Positions 14,875 through 29,600 of a stretch of DNA of 64,000 nucleotides are shown piece by piece. Position numbers and translations under genes: made by a program. The stretch lies in assembly GCA_025786725.1 (NCBI GenBank), contig JAHLTZ010000006.1, positions 496,001 through 560,000 of the forward strand, given 5' to 3'. A model generated the notes under the pieces. It had not been told where the DNA came from. It ran no database searches and was given only the letters and a program-made list of their open reading frames with translations. Positions within the stretch are counted from its first letter, which is position 1; the number at the start of each line of letters is the position of its first letter. This stretch comes from Syncephalis fuscata S228. Its lineage: Eukaryota > Fungi > Zoopagomycota.

Positions 14875-15773
14875 GATGAAATGGAAATAGTTGTGCTAAA
14901 AGTACTATTTGATAGACAGAATGAACAGTAGTTGGCGAAAGTAGAAAGAAAACCTGCACAAATGTGGGTTGCTTTAGTCTATCTATAAATGAATGTTGTT
15001 ATTAGTAGCAGTAACAACAACACGTGTCTCATTCAAACATTATGTTTTCAATTTTCATTATTTTATTCTTTTTATTATTACCAAAATACAATTAAAAAGG
15101 CCTTACCTTTACGATTTGAACAAAAGTTCATGGGCTTGCTTGTTTACTCGTTTATTCCTCAATCTCATCAAATAAATAAGTACTCATCAAATGATTTAGA
15201 ATGTATTTAACAAAATGATAATATACCACTATAAGTTATTCGCGATTTAGGTTTATTTTACTTAAATGACATTTATTTGTAATAATATGTTTTTTATTAT
15301 GTATAGACCAATAAAAAATTGTAACAATTATATTAATGCGCAATAATCAAGGAGTTGAATACATAAAAATTTATATAATAAACAACACAACATTAAAGCA
15401 TATAATAATATGAAGCATTATGAGCAAGCAAGTAAAATTACGTGAGTATGAGAAATAAAGTTATAAAGTGCATGACAGCGATATGAACAAATACAGCTCT
15501 AATAAATAAACTTTTGGCAATATTGTATGGCCATTAGATGATGGGATAGTATGTTCGCCCAATATTCATTTTATCATAAATACTACCAAGCTTTTACTTT
15601 CAATCGATTAATATAAATAAACCATTGTTATTTAACAACTTTACACTATATTTTGGTATCAATCTTATTGGATTTAATTACATTGTGACCTACTGTTATA
15701 CTGTTCACTTAAAGACATTTGCTATTGTCATATCAATAACAATGTCATATAACAAGGCGAATAGTGATAGAAA

Positions 15774-15899
15774 ATGCTGATTGGCTGGTGCATTCCCTCG
15801 CTGTTATCGGACTATTCAAACGGCATAAACATTTTTCTTTATTTCATGCCATTTGAACGCTCCGATGTAAGGTGATGTGCTACACCAGCCAATCAGCAT
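15774..15899. promoter_or_regulatory. Perfect 17-bp inverted repeat with a CCAAT box in each arm, upstream of ERG1
   Basis: ATGCTGATTGGCTGGTG (15774-15790) is the exact reverse complement of CACCAGCCAATCAGCAT (15883-15899); about 200 bp upstream of the ERG1 ATG. Confidence 0.6.
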
Positions 15900-16104
15900 G
15901 CTTTATCACAAATCTATTGGAATGAAGCACGGTTACAGCACACATACCTGTCGATTTACTTATTTATTTATTTATCTGCTTATCTGTTTATCTGCAGTAC
16001 ACGTTTACGAGCAAGACTGCCCACCACTTATATTGCTGTTCATTCTCTCCATTTCTCTTCTATTACTAGTAAACTATTTTTATTTTGAATAATTAACTAC
16101 AACT

Positions 16105-18277
<2,173 letters not shown>

Positions 18278-19076
18278 TTTTTATGTGAATCCCTATTATT
18301 GCTTTTTGTTGCCACTTTTAAATATTAGTTAAGATCCCATCTTTAAACAACGCTTGTTCAATTGCAATAGTACTTAATGAAATAATTAAATGACTTATTT
18401 AAAAGTGGCAGAATGCACTATTCAACCATTAACTGCTGATGAATATTGCTATACCAGTGCTAATATAAAATCAAGCTAGTTGCATGATGTTAATAGCTTC
18501 GATACGATTTATAGCATATAAATAAATACAGTTGATTATAATATTAAAACGCACAGCGATAGTGTCTGTATTTATAATTATCGTTGAAATGATAATGTCT
18601 GTATAGTTGTAGCAGTATATGCTAATAAACAATGCAATATATCCATGTAAGATATTTTAATGTGTTTACTTGGTTGATGTTAAATAATCATTGAATGTAA
18701 ATAAAGCATGGACATAGATATAATAACACAATCATATATATATATATATATAAATAAGATAAAGCCATATGTTTATTACCAAAAGTTTGCATAGCTGACT
18801 AAGGGCAACTAAGTGCAAGCTTGTTGGTAATGTAATGGATCCATCCATTGAAAATGGAATAAACCGGAGCATTGGCTGGACTTGATAGATAGATGAACGG
18901 GGCAGTTTAGTTGTCAAATGATCTTGATTCTTGCCAGCAGTATATCTAAATTATATCAAACTAACAGTTCAAGCACACTGCCAATGCTAGTGCATTTGGA
19001 GCACCGGTTATTCTATTTTCATAAATAATATGCCATGTACCATGTAATTAGCCCATATATTACTATTACATACTGC

Positions 19077-19583
19077 ACTTAATCCTATTAATGCAGCTCA
19101 TTACACATATACAGTGCATAGCATATAATAGTATAAAATTAATTAACATACACTAGACTTAACTTCTATTAATATAGGTCATTAAATATACACAGTGCAC
19201 ATTATGTGTTTGCTGTATAGCTGATTAATGTAAAATCATACTTACGCACTATTAATACAAGTTATGGCCACATACAGTGTGTGAGGTATATTTAGTGTAT
19301 AGTTAATTAGTTTAAATTATTACTTATGACCTATTAATACAAGTCATCAAACACAAAAAAGCATGATATATATTTAGCACATGGCTAATTAGTATACATG
19401 GCTCTTACCAACCATTAATACGAGCATTATCATATATGACACATAGCATGCAATTAGTGCATAGTCATTTAATATACAATACCACTTACAGACTATCAAT
19501 ACAAATTATTAAGCGAACAAAGCGTATAGCATATGCTTAGCGTGTAGTTAATTACTATGCAATGCTACTTACCGCCTATCAAC
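19077..19583 (-). repeat. Degenerate tandem array, 81-83-nt period, 7 junctions; each unit resembles an intron plus a 2-3-nt micro-exon
   Basis: On the minus strand the recurring junction is (A/G)TT(A/G)ATAG-NNN-(G/A/T)TAAG(T/A), with slots starting at 19575, 19492, 19411, 19330, 19248, 19165 and 19084. Confidence 0.8.
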
Positions 19584-19857
19584 GTTGATTTAGTAATCTA
19601 ATGGCAACTAACTAAATGATCAAGCATCTATACTGTAAGATATCTCCTATTAATGCACATTTAGCAGATTATCACTTCTAATGCAACATTTTATTGATTA
19701 TTGCGCATTAAGCCTACTTTTAGCCAATAACACTGATCTAACCACTATACATAGCAAACAATCATTGATTATCACATCAATAAGCACATATTTTCAAAAC
19801 TTATTGACCGCTCATATGCATATAGCAGTATATTGTAAGTGCTGGAACAACGATCCA

Positions 19858-20040
19858 TCATCGCGAATTACCAGCTAATACCATGGTTGATTTGTTATAA
19901 TGTTAGTAGCTATCCAATCTGCATATTTGTTGTAATTGCAACATACCACGACGGACTCGGTTAGGCTTAGCATCCACCATGACTGTACTGACTGCAAAAG
20001 CCACGGCAATGGTGCAGACGACGGCAATAGAGAGCTTCAT
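19858..20040 (-). CDS. Small secreted peptide precursor (signal peptide + KPNRVRR); true 3' extent uncertain and may run through the downstream micro-exon array
   Basis: ATG at 20040 gives MKLSIAVVCTIAVAFAVSTVMVDA-KPNRVRR, then a GTATGT...CTAAC...TAG intron (19946-19875). The next exon is either CTG followed by a GTAATT donor, or reads on to AGNSR*. Confidence 0.75.
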
Positions 20041-21562
20041 GGTAATATTGATTTGTTAAAGCAAACAAGTAGAATAAACAATATAATATTTAGTATAAAA
20101 TAGATAGTAGTAGGTATTTGCCAGAAAGTAGAGAGTGATGATATTGCTAGTTATTTGTGTGTATTGTATGAACTATTTAAGCCTAGGATTATGCTGATAT
20201 ATGAAATACTACGTTGTATAAACAATACCATTGATGTGCGATGTAAACCAATAATAACAATACATTCACATGGTGGCTTGATGCATACATATACCAACAT
20301 ATCGATAATGTGATATCATGCTTCCCAGCCTTTATTTCAATTTGTTCGGTAATTACACAGACGATGTGGCAATATTACAGATTCATTACGTCTTTGGTAG
20401 AAACTTACCTATTACCTTGTATTGTGTAACTCAATTCGACCATGTGGCGCAAACTAAATCTATTAGTTGCGGAAACAGTGACGATGCACACTACGTCTTT
20501 GCTGTTGCTTTCACCGACAAATACAGCCCACAATATCCACATGCATTCCGAACAACGCTTAACGCCGAAGCAAAAACAACACTAGTACATTGAACTTGTA
20601 TCCTTTACAAATATGCACTACTATGCATAGGCTAGTTGCAATTTCTTATCAAAATATACTGATTGCTCACACATCCATTCAATTTGTAACTATGGCTATT
20701 GCCTAAAGAACAAAAAATGCATTTTTAACACAATGTAATATTACTTGTTGCGTATACAATCAGTATTTTAGTTGATTATCAATGTCGACTGTTAAATGTT
20801 GAATATATGTAGTTTTACTAATAAAATACTGTACCCAAGCACAGATTCAGCCGACTGTTCCATTGTAACATCACGTAAATCAATTGTACTGTATACACCA
20901 CAGTGTATATACACTGAGTTATACACATAAATCAAATCTATTAAACACAACCGGCTCTGGTCTTAATGTGCAAGTGTCAGTCCATATATAGCTCATTGCA
21001 AAGCTGTATATTTAGTAATATCTTATTTGGAATGCATGCTACACATATTTTTACAACATTATACAATATTGTTTCTATGTTGTAATATGATCATTGCTGG
21101 AGATTTGGCCGGTGTAAATTGCATTCAATATTATTTTGTTTTACTTCCCATTGATATTCAAGATATGAGTAATAAATTTAAAAGTTTTGTTCTCTTGAAT
21201 TTGTATTATGAATTTGTTGGTATAGAATTAAATATTTTAATTATATACTATGCCTTTTACGAACAGTTTATAATCATATTATTACACCCTTTGATTATTA
21301 GCCAGTATATTGATGCAATTACTGTGATGCTTAGGAGGGAGTAGTGTAATTATTGTTAATAGACTATTAACCAGTGTCATTAATTACTTAATTATTTAAC
21401 TAGACATAAGTGTGCTATATTGTTTTGTTTTATTTTCAATTTAAAAATGAGCAATATACAACAGCTTATTTAGCAAACACATTAACTAATTTAAAATAGT
21501 TAATTGTCTGTTTTATTTCAAGATTGACATGCATACGAATAGTGTTATTACAGAATTTGTGT

Positions 21563-22207
21563 TTATTCTAAAGTGCCAAGTGCCTTATGTATTTTACTTG
21601 CATCCACCAACTGTTGTTTTGTTAATTCTAATATGACAAGCAATTAGTATATGTAGTTTAGTCGTATTAATATTGACTACCTTGTAATGCATCAACGAGA
21701 AGCTTTGTATTCTCGTCTGAAGAAGCAGTCAACGATTTGGTTGTAGTGTTGGCTGATACATTGGTATTGAGATCTCCAGTATTTGGTGTTGACGAAGCAC
21801 TGCCTTTCTTTAAGCTACGTTGGCGCTGTTTGTAAGCCAGATAGGCAACAGAATGGAAAGGCTGTGCCGGCGAGACAACGTCTACTGGTGGTGTGGCAAA
21901 CCAAGCAAGCGTGCCTTGATTCACCTGAGGAAACTGGTCAACTGTTATTATTGTAATAGACAGTTAGTTGATTAAGGTTAGAAATAGAGTACGTAACCGA
22001 TTACTTGCCTACATCCTCAGGAATGGTAGGAATATTGCTATTAGGGGGAATTGCTGGTGCTGCTGTATTGATTGCCGTTGTCGGTGTCCTGGGCAGAGCC
22101 GGAGCAGTGGCAGCTATAGACGACATAGGCACAGCTTCGTTGATATTTTTTACGCTGCTAGGAGTAGTGTTAGTATTTTGTACTGTTGTCTGCGATCGAC
22201 GTTGCAT
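21563..22207 (-). CDS. Small protein with a motif resembling the C-terminal tail of fungal Rsc1/Rsc2 (RSC) subunits; 3 exons, first intron probably GC-AG
   Basis: Spliced: IPTIPEDVVDQFPQVNQGTLAWFATPPVDVVSPAQPFHSVAYLAYK. Family link is from recalled motif similarity only. Confidence 0.6.
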
Positions 22208-22510
22208 TGTGTAAGTGACGCGCACTGAATATATGCTTACTGGGCCATAAATACGAAGGCAAGGATAAGAGAAAAGGAGACGGTGTGGTGGTTGGTATTT
22301 TGTTGTTTACACAAACTATTCGACTACGTGTGCGTATTAAACAGTAGCCATACGCTTTTACTTTTGATTCTTTTACTAAATTCGCCTTTTGGGATTGCGG
22401 CAACAGTTTAATAATAGCGGCAGATACTGTTTATTATTGATAGCTTATTTGACTACGATAATAGTTATCACCCTTTATTGGTTATAGCAAAGCGAGAATT
22501 ATTAGTAAAC

Positions 22511-23650
22511 ATGAACGAGAGTGCGTTAAAGAAGCTGAAAGTCAATGAGCTTAAGGAAATGCTGGCCAATCAAGGGCTGAGCAATGCAGGTAAGAAAGAA
22601 GAGTTAATTGCGCGTCTTTTAGAGGCGGGTGCTGCTGCTTCGACTGGCTTGGAAGATGAATTGAGCCATTTAGCGCCACCTCCTCAAGACGACGACGACG
22701 GTTTTTCCTGGGATGCACCAAACGAGGGCGAAAGCGGAAATGCCACGTAAGTAGACACTTTAAGCTAAGCATTGAGTGGTTAATAGCTTTAATATATTTT
22801 AGTGCTGAAAAGCCAGCACCAGTCGCATCATCGGCCATACGTGCTGCCGCTCAACCTGCCGCAGCTTCTGTTCCAGTTAGCAAACCAGCTGTGACAGAAA
22901 AGGCGACACCGGCACCAGCATCAGTATCAGCGCCAGCACCAGCACCAACAGCTAGTACTAGCAATAACACTGGCGCTGACAATGATGAAATTGAACGTAT
23001 TAAGAAAAGAGCAATGCGATTTGGTGTACCAGTCTCTGAGGAAACCAAACAAGCTGATAGAATGAAGCGATTTGGTGCATCTATTGCCGAGCAGCCCGCA
23101 GGCAAGACTAATACCAGCGATGCTAGTAAAAAACGTAATTTATTGTATAATCATTGGAGATAATAGCTAATAACAATAATAATGTTGATTATATAACAGG
23201 TACTCCTGATATGGCAACTTATGTACCGCCAGGTGCACGAGCTGATGTGGCAGGTAAACGTCAGGACAAGGCAAACCAATCGATCAGTTCATCATTAGTA
23301 AGTGCCACTAATTTTGATTTGTATAAATTATAACCATCAACCAACCGTTCAATATTAATAGAATGTCGATGAAGATGCGATAAAACGACGACAGGCCCGC
23401 TTTGGTATTGTTGATGATTCGAACAATAAATCTGATCAGAAACAACCGGCAGCTAAGAAAGAGGCTAGTCAGCCAGTTGACTCGGAAGAAGCTGAACGTC
23501 GTCAGCGTCGAGCAGAAAGATTTGGCGTGGTAAGAGTTGTGTAATTTATTAAATATGATCGATAGCTTATACATATACATATACATATATACATATATAT
23601 AATAATAGGCTGAGGGTGATTCTGCTGCCAAAAAGTTAAAAACAAGTTAA
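22511..23650 (+). CDS. SAP-domain ribonucleoprotein (Tho1/SARNP/MOS11-like)
   Basis: N-terminal SAP motif (LKKLKVNELKEMLANQGLSNAGKKEELIARL) plus repeated RAMRFG, RMKRFG, RQARFG and RAERFG motifs. Confidence 0.88.
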
Positions 23651-23889
23651 TGGCCATTTACACTGCTGGCCATAAAGTTAACAAGACCATTAAATGCTTA
23701 ATGATCATTGCCCATGCGCGTATAAATTGATGATAATGAATTAAGAAAATGAATACTGTGAAAACTGTTAAATCAAAAATATATAGTTTTACATTTGTTC
23801 TCTTTTTACTGTTCTACGCCTTGTTGTCCCAACACTTTTCTTGGTTGCTGAGATCCACATATACACACGTCACTGCTGTTGCTGCCACG

Positions 23890-26351
23890 ATGAGCCAATA
23901 CAATCACCAGCACGAGCAGTTTGATGTCGATGAAAGCACCGCGCAGGCTGTCTATATGGCCGCTACTTATGCGGGTGCCGAGGAATACGATGAAGGTATT
24001 TACGGCGAGTATGGTAAGTTTAATCGATGACCAACGCGCAATAACTGAAGTATTAACACGATCGTTCGTTTGTGATCTCACTGACAAACTATATAACTGC
24101 TAGATGCTGAATATCTTGAACAGCATCAGCTCCAAATTCAACAGCAGCTTGAGATTCAGCAGCAATTGCTAGAACAGGTTCCAGATGTTGTGCGTAATTT
24201 CGTGGTCCTATTCCACCAAGCACTTACACAGCACTCGGGACGGGACGTACACCAGTTCTACGAACAAACGTTCACCAAGCTTAGTGAGCGATTTTACCAA
24301 CACGAAGCCTGGCCAGAAGCAGCATGCATTGCACCCTTAGTTGATCATGGTAAGTAGTAGTAGCTGTTGTTGTTGTAATGACATATAGTTGTTAATAGTT
24401 GTTAATTATTACATAATATAGACGAGGTGTTCCTTGCTCTTTATGAAGAATTGTGCTTCCGTCATGTGTATGCTCGTTTGCAACCAACACTAGAACAACG
24501 TTATCGCTCATTTAGTAATTATTGTACTTTGTTCAATCACATTTTAAGTAGGTGTTAAGATAAATAATGACATTGATTATTTTTATTATTACATTACTAA
24601 CCACATTAATTAGATGTTGAAGAACCAATTGGACTTGAATTGCCAAATCAATGGCTATGGGATATTATTGATGAATTCATTTATCAATACGAATCATTCT
24701 GCCGTTATCGTAGCCGTACTGAGCGTCTAGGCGATGAAGAACGCGCATTTTTAGCTGAAAATGCCGATGTAAGATAGCTGATTAGTGTAGAATTAAGAAT
24801 TAATTACTAATTATAATATATTAACTAGGTGTGGAATACTTTTCCGTATTAAACGTTCTTTACTCTTTAATTCAAAAATCCAACATTAATGCTCAGTTGG
24901 ATGCCATTAAGGCCGGCACTGATCCAAAGTAAGTGATATCCATTGAATATGGAACTTTTAATATTAATTCAATTGTTTAGTGAGGTTGCTGGTATATTTG
25001 GTGCACAGCCTATCTACAAAATGTTAGGCTACTTCAGTTTAATTGGCTTATTGCGTGTCCACTGTATGATTGGTGATTATACACTAGCATTGCAAATATT
25101 GGATCATGTTGATATGTCAAAGAAGGTAAATAGATATGCTATACTAGATAGTTATAATAGTAAACGTTTATTAATTATATACACTTAGGCTATGTTCACC
25201 AAAGTCATTGCTTGCCATGTCAGCTCATTCTATTATATTGGATTCGCCTATATGATGATGGGTCGTTATACGGATGCTATCAAGAATTTTGCACACATTC
25301 TTGTGTTTATTTCTCGTGCCCGTCAATTTAATGCTCGTTCCTATCAATATGACCAGGTAAGTCATTAGTAGATTAATAAAGATATAAAAGGTACTAACAA
25401 CAACAACAACCACAACAACAACAATAATAATAATAACAGATTAATAAGAAAACGGAACAGCTTTATGCTTTATTGGCTATTTGTGTTTCATTGTGGCCAA
25501 CACGTCTCGATGATACTGTGCATAACGCTTTGCGTGATAAACAAGGTGACCATCTTAATCGCATGTTGAAAGGGTAAGTCTATCAGTATTTAAGCACAAT
25601 TGATCATTAACAGCCATTTATTAACACTTTTATAATCAATAGAGAGAATGTTATGGAGTCATTCCAAGAACTATTCTTGTATGCCTGCCCCAAGTTTATT
25701 TCTCCAATTCCTCCCGATTATACTGCTTTGACAGAAGAAGCAGCAAAAAAGGTTGAAGAATCAGAGACTGCCTCAACCACTGGTGCCAGTGAAGTTAAAA
25801 CTGAAGAAGGAACTGAAACGCAACAAACACGTGCTCCTGAAGTAAGTGGAACAGTATTTAATATTAATAAATAATAGATTTACTAATAACATTGTATAAA
25901 TAGGTACCATCGGCCTATCAATGCAAGATTTTCTTAGGCCAGATCAATCAGCACATTGTCTCCACCAAGGTGCGCTCATTCCTTAAAATCTGCACCACAT
26001 TGCCTGTGGCTAAACTAGCATCATTCCTTGACATCACGCCTGAAGAGTTGACGTAAGTATTTATTGAAGTGACATAATATTTCTTTAATCTAACAATAAT
26101 ATATAAATATATATATAAATAGTACGCAACTTATGGTACTAAAGGCGTGCAGCCGTCAAACACGCTGGGTCGATGGTGTACTTACCTCGGGTGAACGTGT
26201 ACCGGTAGCCGATGTTGATTTCTGCATCAAACAAGACTCTATTCAAGTGGCCGAGCACAAGATCGGTCGTCGTTATGGCGATTGGTTTGTACGTAATATC
26301 GGCAAAGTTGAAGATTTATTGGCCAAATTTGAAGAAAAGCCATCTTCTTAA
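23890..26351 (+). CDS. eIF3L: Translation initiation factor eIF3 subunit L; apparent 1-nt deletion near 24841
   Basis: [69 protein letters not shown]. Confidence 0.93.
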
Positions 26352-26618
26352 GAAAACTAATTATGAATGTGTCTAATACCGTTTATCGTATTAAATGTTC
26401 GTATTAAATATTATCCATTATTGACATTCATTACTATTATTACATTATTATTATATTGAATTTACTAAGGTTTTTTATTACCTTACTCATTCCGGTTATT
26501 AGCTTTCTTGTTCATCATCATTTGCAACTATATACTTGCTATCTATCTATCTATTTATCTATTTATTTATTTAACTATTTAACCAACAACCAATACTTTC
26601 ATATATTTATATGATAGA

Positions 26619-29600
26619 ATGGTTACGGGTGACAAGTCAAAGCGACGCTCTGGTGTCGGTTTTGTACCAGCACAGCGTTTAAAGCGTGCATCTCGTCTAC
26701 GCATTCAAGTGTCCAATTCTTCACTTAAAAATAGTATAAAGGCAAAGTTACAAGATGTCACTAATAGTGGTAGCCATAATGGATATAATAGCGGCCAAAA
26801 CAACCATGGTCAATATAATAACCGCGATAGTTATAGCAATAGCGCATCTGGTCGCGGCGAGTTAACCGAACTTACTCGTCTTATGTTGACCCGTCCCCCG
26901 CCATATCCTGCTTCACCACTACCATTAACAGGTATTATACGCAATGAGTCATTTACAAAAACTAGAGGACAGAAAATGAAACAACTTGTTAACAAATTAA
27001 GTGCCAATACATCAACAAGTGGTTATGGGACTGAAAATAACGGCCAACTACCACCTAAAGGATTGGTTGAAGTATCTCAATGTACACTAAGATTACTTGA
27101 ATTGCTAAAATCCACCGAGATTGTTCAACCAGCATCCACACATAAACCATGGTAATTATAATTATACTATTAATATTAGTATATTTATTATTAATATATC
27201 TATATAGGTTATTGTCACCACCTAATGCAGTAACATCAACATTGGCATCAGCAGAAATACAGGCAGCAACACATAAAGGACCATCACCTACCACACCTAT
27301 AAGTACTCGGGCACGTCGACCATCATTAACACCAGTGCCTAATTTCTTACCTAAAGCACCTGTTCAGTCTTCTACATTTTCATCTTCTCATGAACAACAA
27401 CAACAACAGACATCTACAGATGCTGCAGAGTCGGTATTATCTATGAACTTGTTATTAAATATACAGCGTATTATTGAAGGACTTGTACTAGGCGAATGTC
27501 TTTATCCTTTACCTTCATTGAATACATCTACATTGAATACGGCAGATCAACGACTACCACGTATGGGCAGTAGTAGCAAAAATAACAGTGGCAATATAGA
27601 CTGGACACAACAGCCATGGCGATTACAACGAGCAGTTATAGAAATAGCCCGTGAACTAGCACTACGTGGTACTCCTAATGTACTAGATGCTATTCTACCC
27701 GGTCTATTGATGTTTAAAGAAGAGAACAAAAATCATATACTTGATTTTATAGATTACTTATTAAAAGAAGCTCAGACCGAGACGCATCACTATGCAAGTG
27801 AATGTAGTAAGTAGTCTGCCTATTCAACAGTATCAATGACTAATAGATATAATGTATTCCAGTACTCCAACAATCATTGGATGATCCAAATCGATCTAGT
27901 CTGGCTATTCCAGTGAATACAAAGAATACACAAACTACAGCAGTATCTACTAATGTTCTAAGTATAGCTTTATTACATGACTATACTCATTCACTATTCC
28001 AGCCTTTACTATCAACACTGTTAAATGCTATTTTCCAGCCAGATCCATCAAGTAAAAGACCGTCATTTATAGGCAAATCAGCGAGTATATCGGCATTTAC
28101 ACAACGTTGTTTCGACCTACTTGAACGATTGAGTCATCGATGGTCCGGTATGCCTCTGGGTTTAATTCAAGTAGCAGCTCAAAGTGATCACAGTCGAGTG
28201 ATGCGAGGCAGTCTCGATCTATTACAACGAGGTTGGCCATGGGCTATGGGTCATTTTAGTGTAGCGGCCCCATTAACCTACTATCTTGATGAGGAGAGTG
28301 AAGTTATTACCGAAGAGTCCACCAAACCTCCATTTCACCATTATATACCTTGGTGGTTTAATAATGATTCATTAATGGACTGTGATTACTGTGAAGACCA
28401 TGTTACCGGTATGGGTGCATGGTGTACAGGCTGTTTAACAGCTATTCATATTGAATGTCTAGCTTATATGGGATTGCCTTCTAGATCCTATTCATATAAG
28501 AATCAATACGGTAGATTACAAACCTCGCAAATTATTGCGTGTCCATTAATGGTGCAGGGACAATTAATACCCAAGGATCTTGTGCCTCAGCGATCCTCAA
28601 ATGATCATAATTGGCTAGCCTGTCATCTATTTACACTTGTGGGATGTGCCGATTGCCATCGACCATTGTGGGGCACATCTCGTCAAGGTTATTATTGTAA
28701 ACAGTGTGGTCGCTGTATTCATACTGAATGTTACAATACTCGAACAAGTAAAGACGGTGAATCATGCCATAGTCCTGTTACCATGAATACTTTTATGATC
28801 GACTCTAGTTATCTACCAACCGATCTATCTACTTGGTATAGACTTGATTCCGTACAAGATAAAAGAAGTAGCGGTTTTAATGAGATGGAAATACAAATCA
28901 AATATAATCAATTACAGTTACAGCAAAGTATGTTGGAAATCGGTCTTGAAATGACCTCTATTATTATTATTGATAATGATAATACAAATTTACCTCGTCA
29001 CCATAACGATAACAAGAAGGAAGAAAACATTTTGACGGTTGAAATTGATCGCCTAATGTCATCACTATCAACTGGTACTATGGACTCGGTATCAAGTATT
29101 CTTTATAATTATCAACATCTAAGTTCAATTACTGATCAATTAAAGAATACACTTCTTATGGAAGATATTCAATCAGGACTAGTTACACCAATGGAAGCAG
29201 ATTTTCCCGTAACTAGTCATCAATGGCTTGTTACAACAATGGCCAAATTATTAGGCATTTCTAAATCCATGGCTGAACAATTGCTCGATCAAATGGTATT
29301 AATGGGCAAGATTGACTATGAACATTTATATTTGGCCCAAAAGTCAACGATCGAAACCGATCGTGTCTATTACTTTCCACTGCCATCACAAATAGATCAA
29401 ACGATGACACTTGAATGTTTAGTACATATTATAGAAGTCAGTCTACAAGATATTCATTTATCAATGAATGAAATGGGACTGGCCTTACTAGCGCGTACCA
29501 ATAACTACTATCACAATACTGATAGTAGCAATAGTAGTGGTAGTAGTAGTAGTATGCCATTCTTTTATCATCGATTAATGAAAGCCGTTATTTATTGGGC

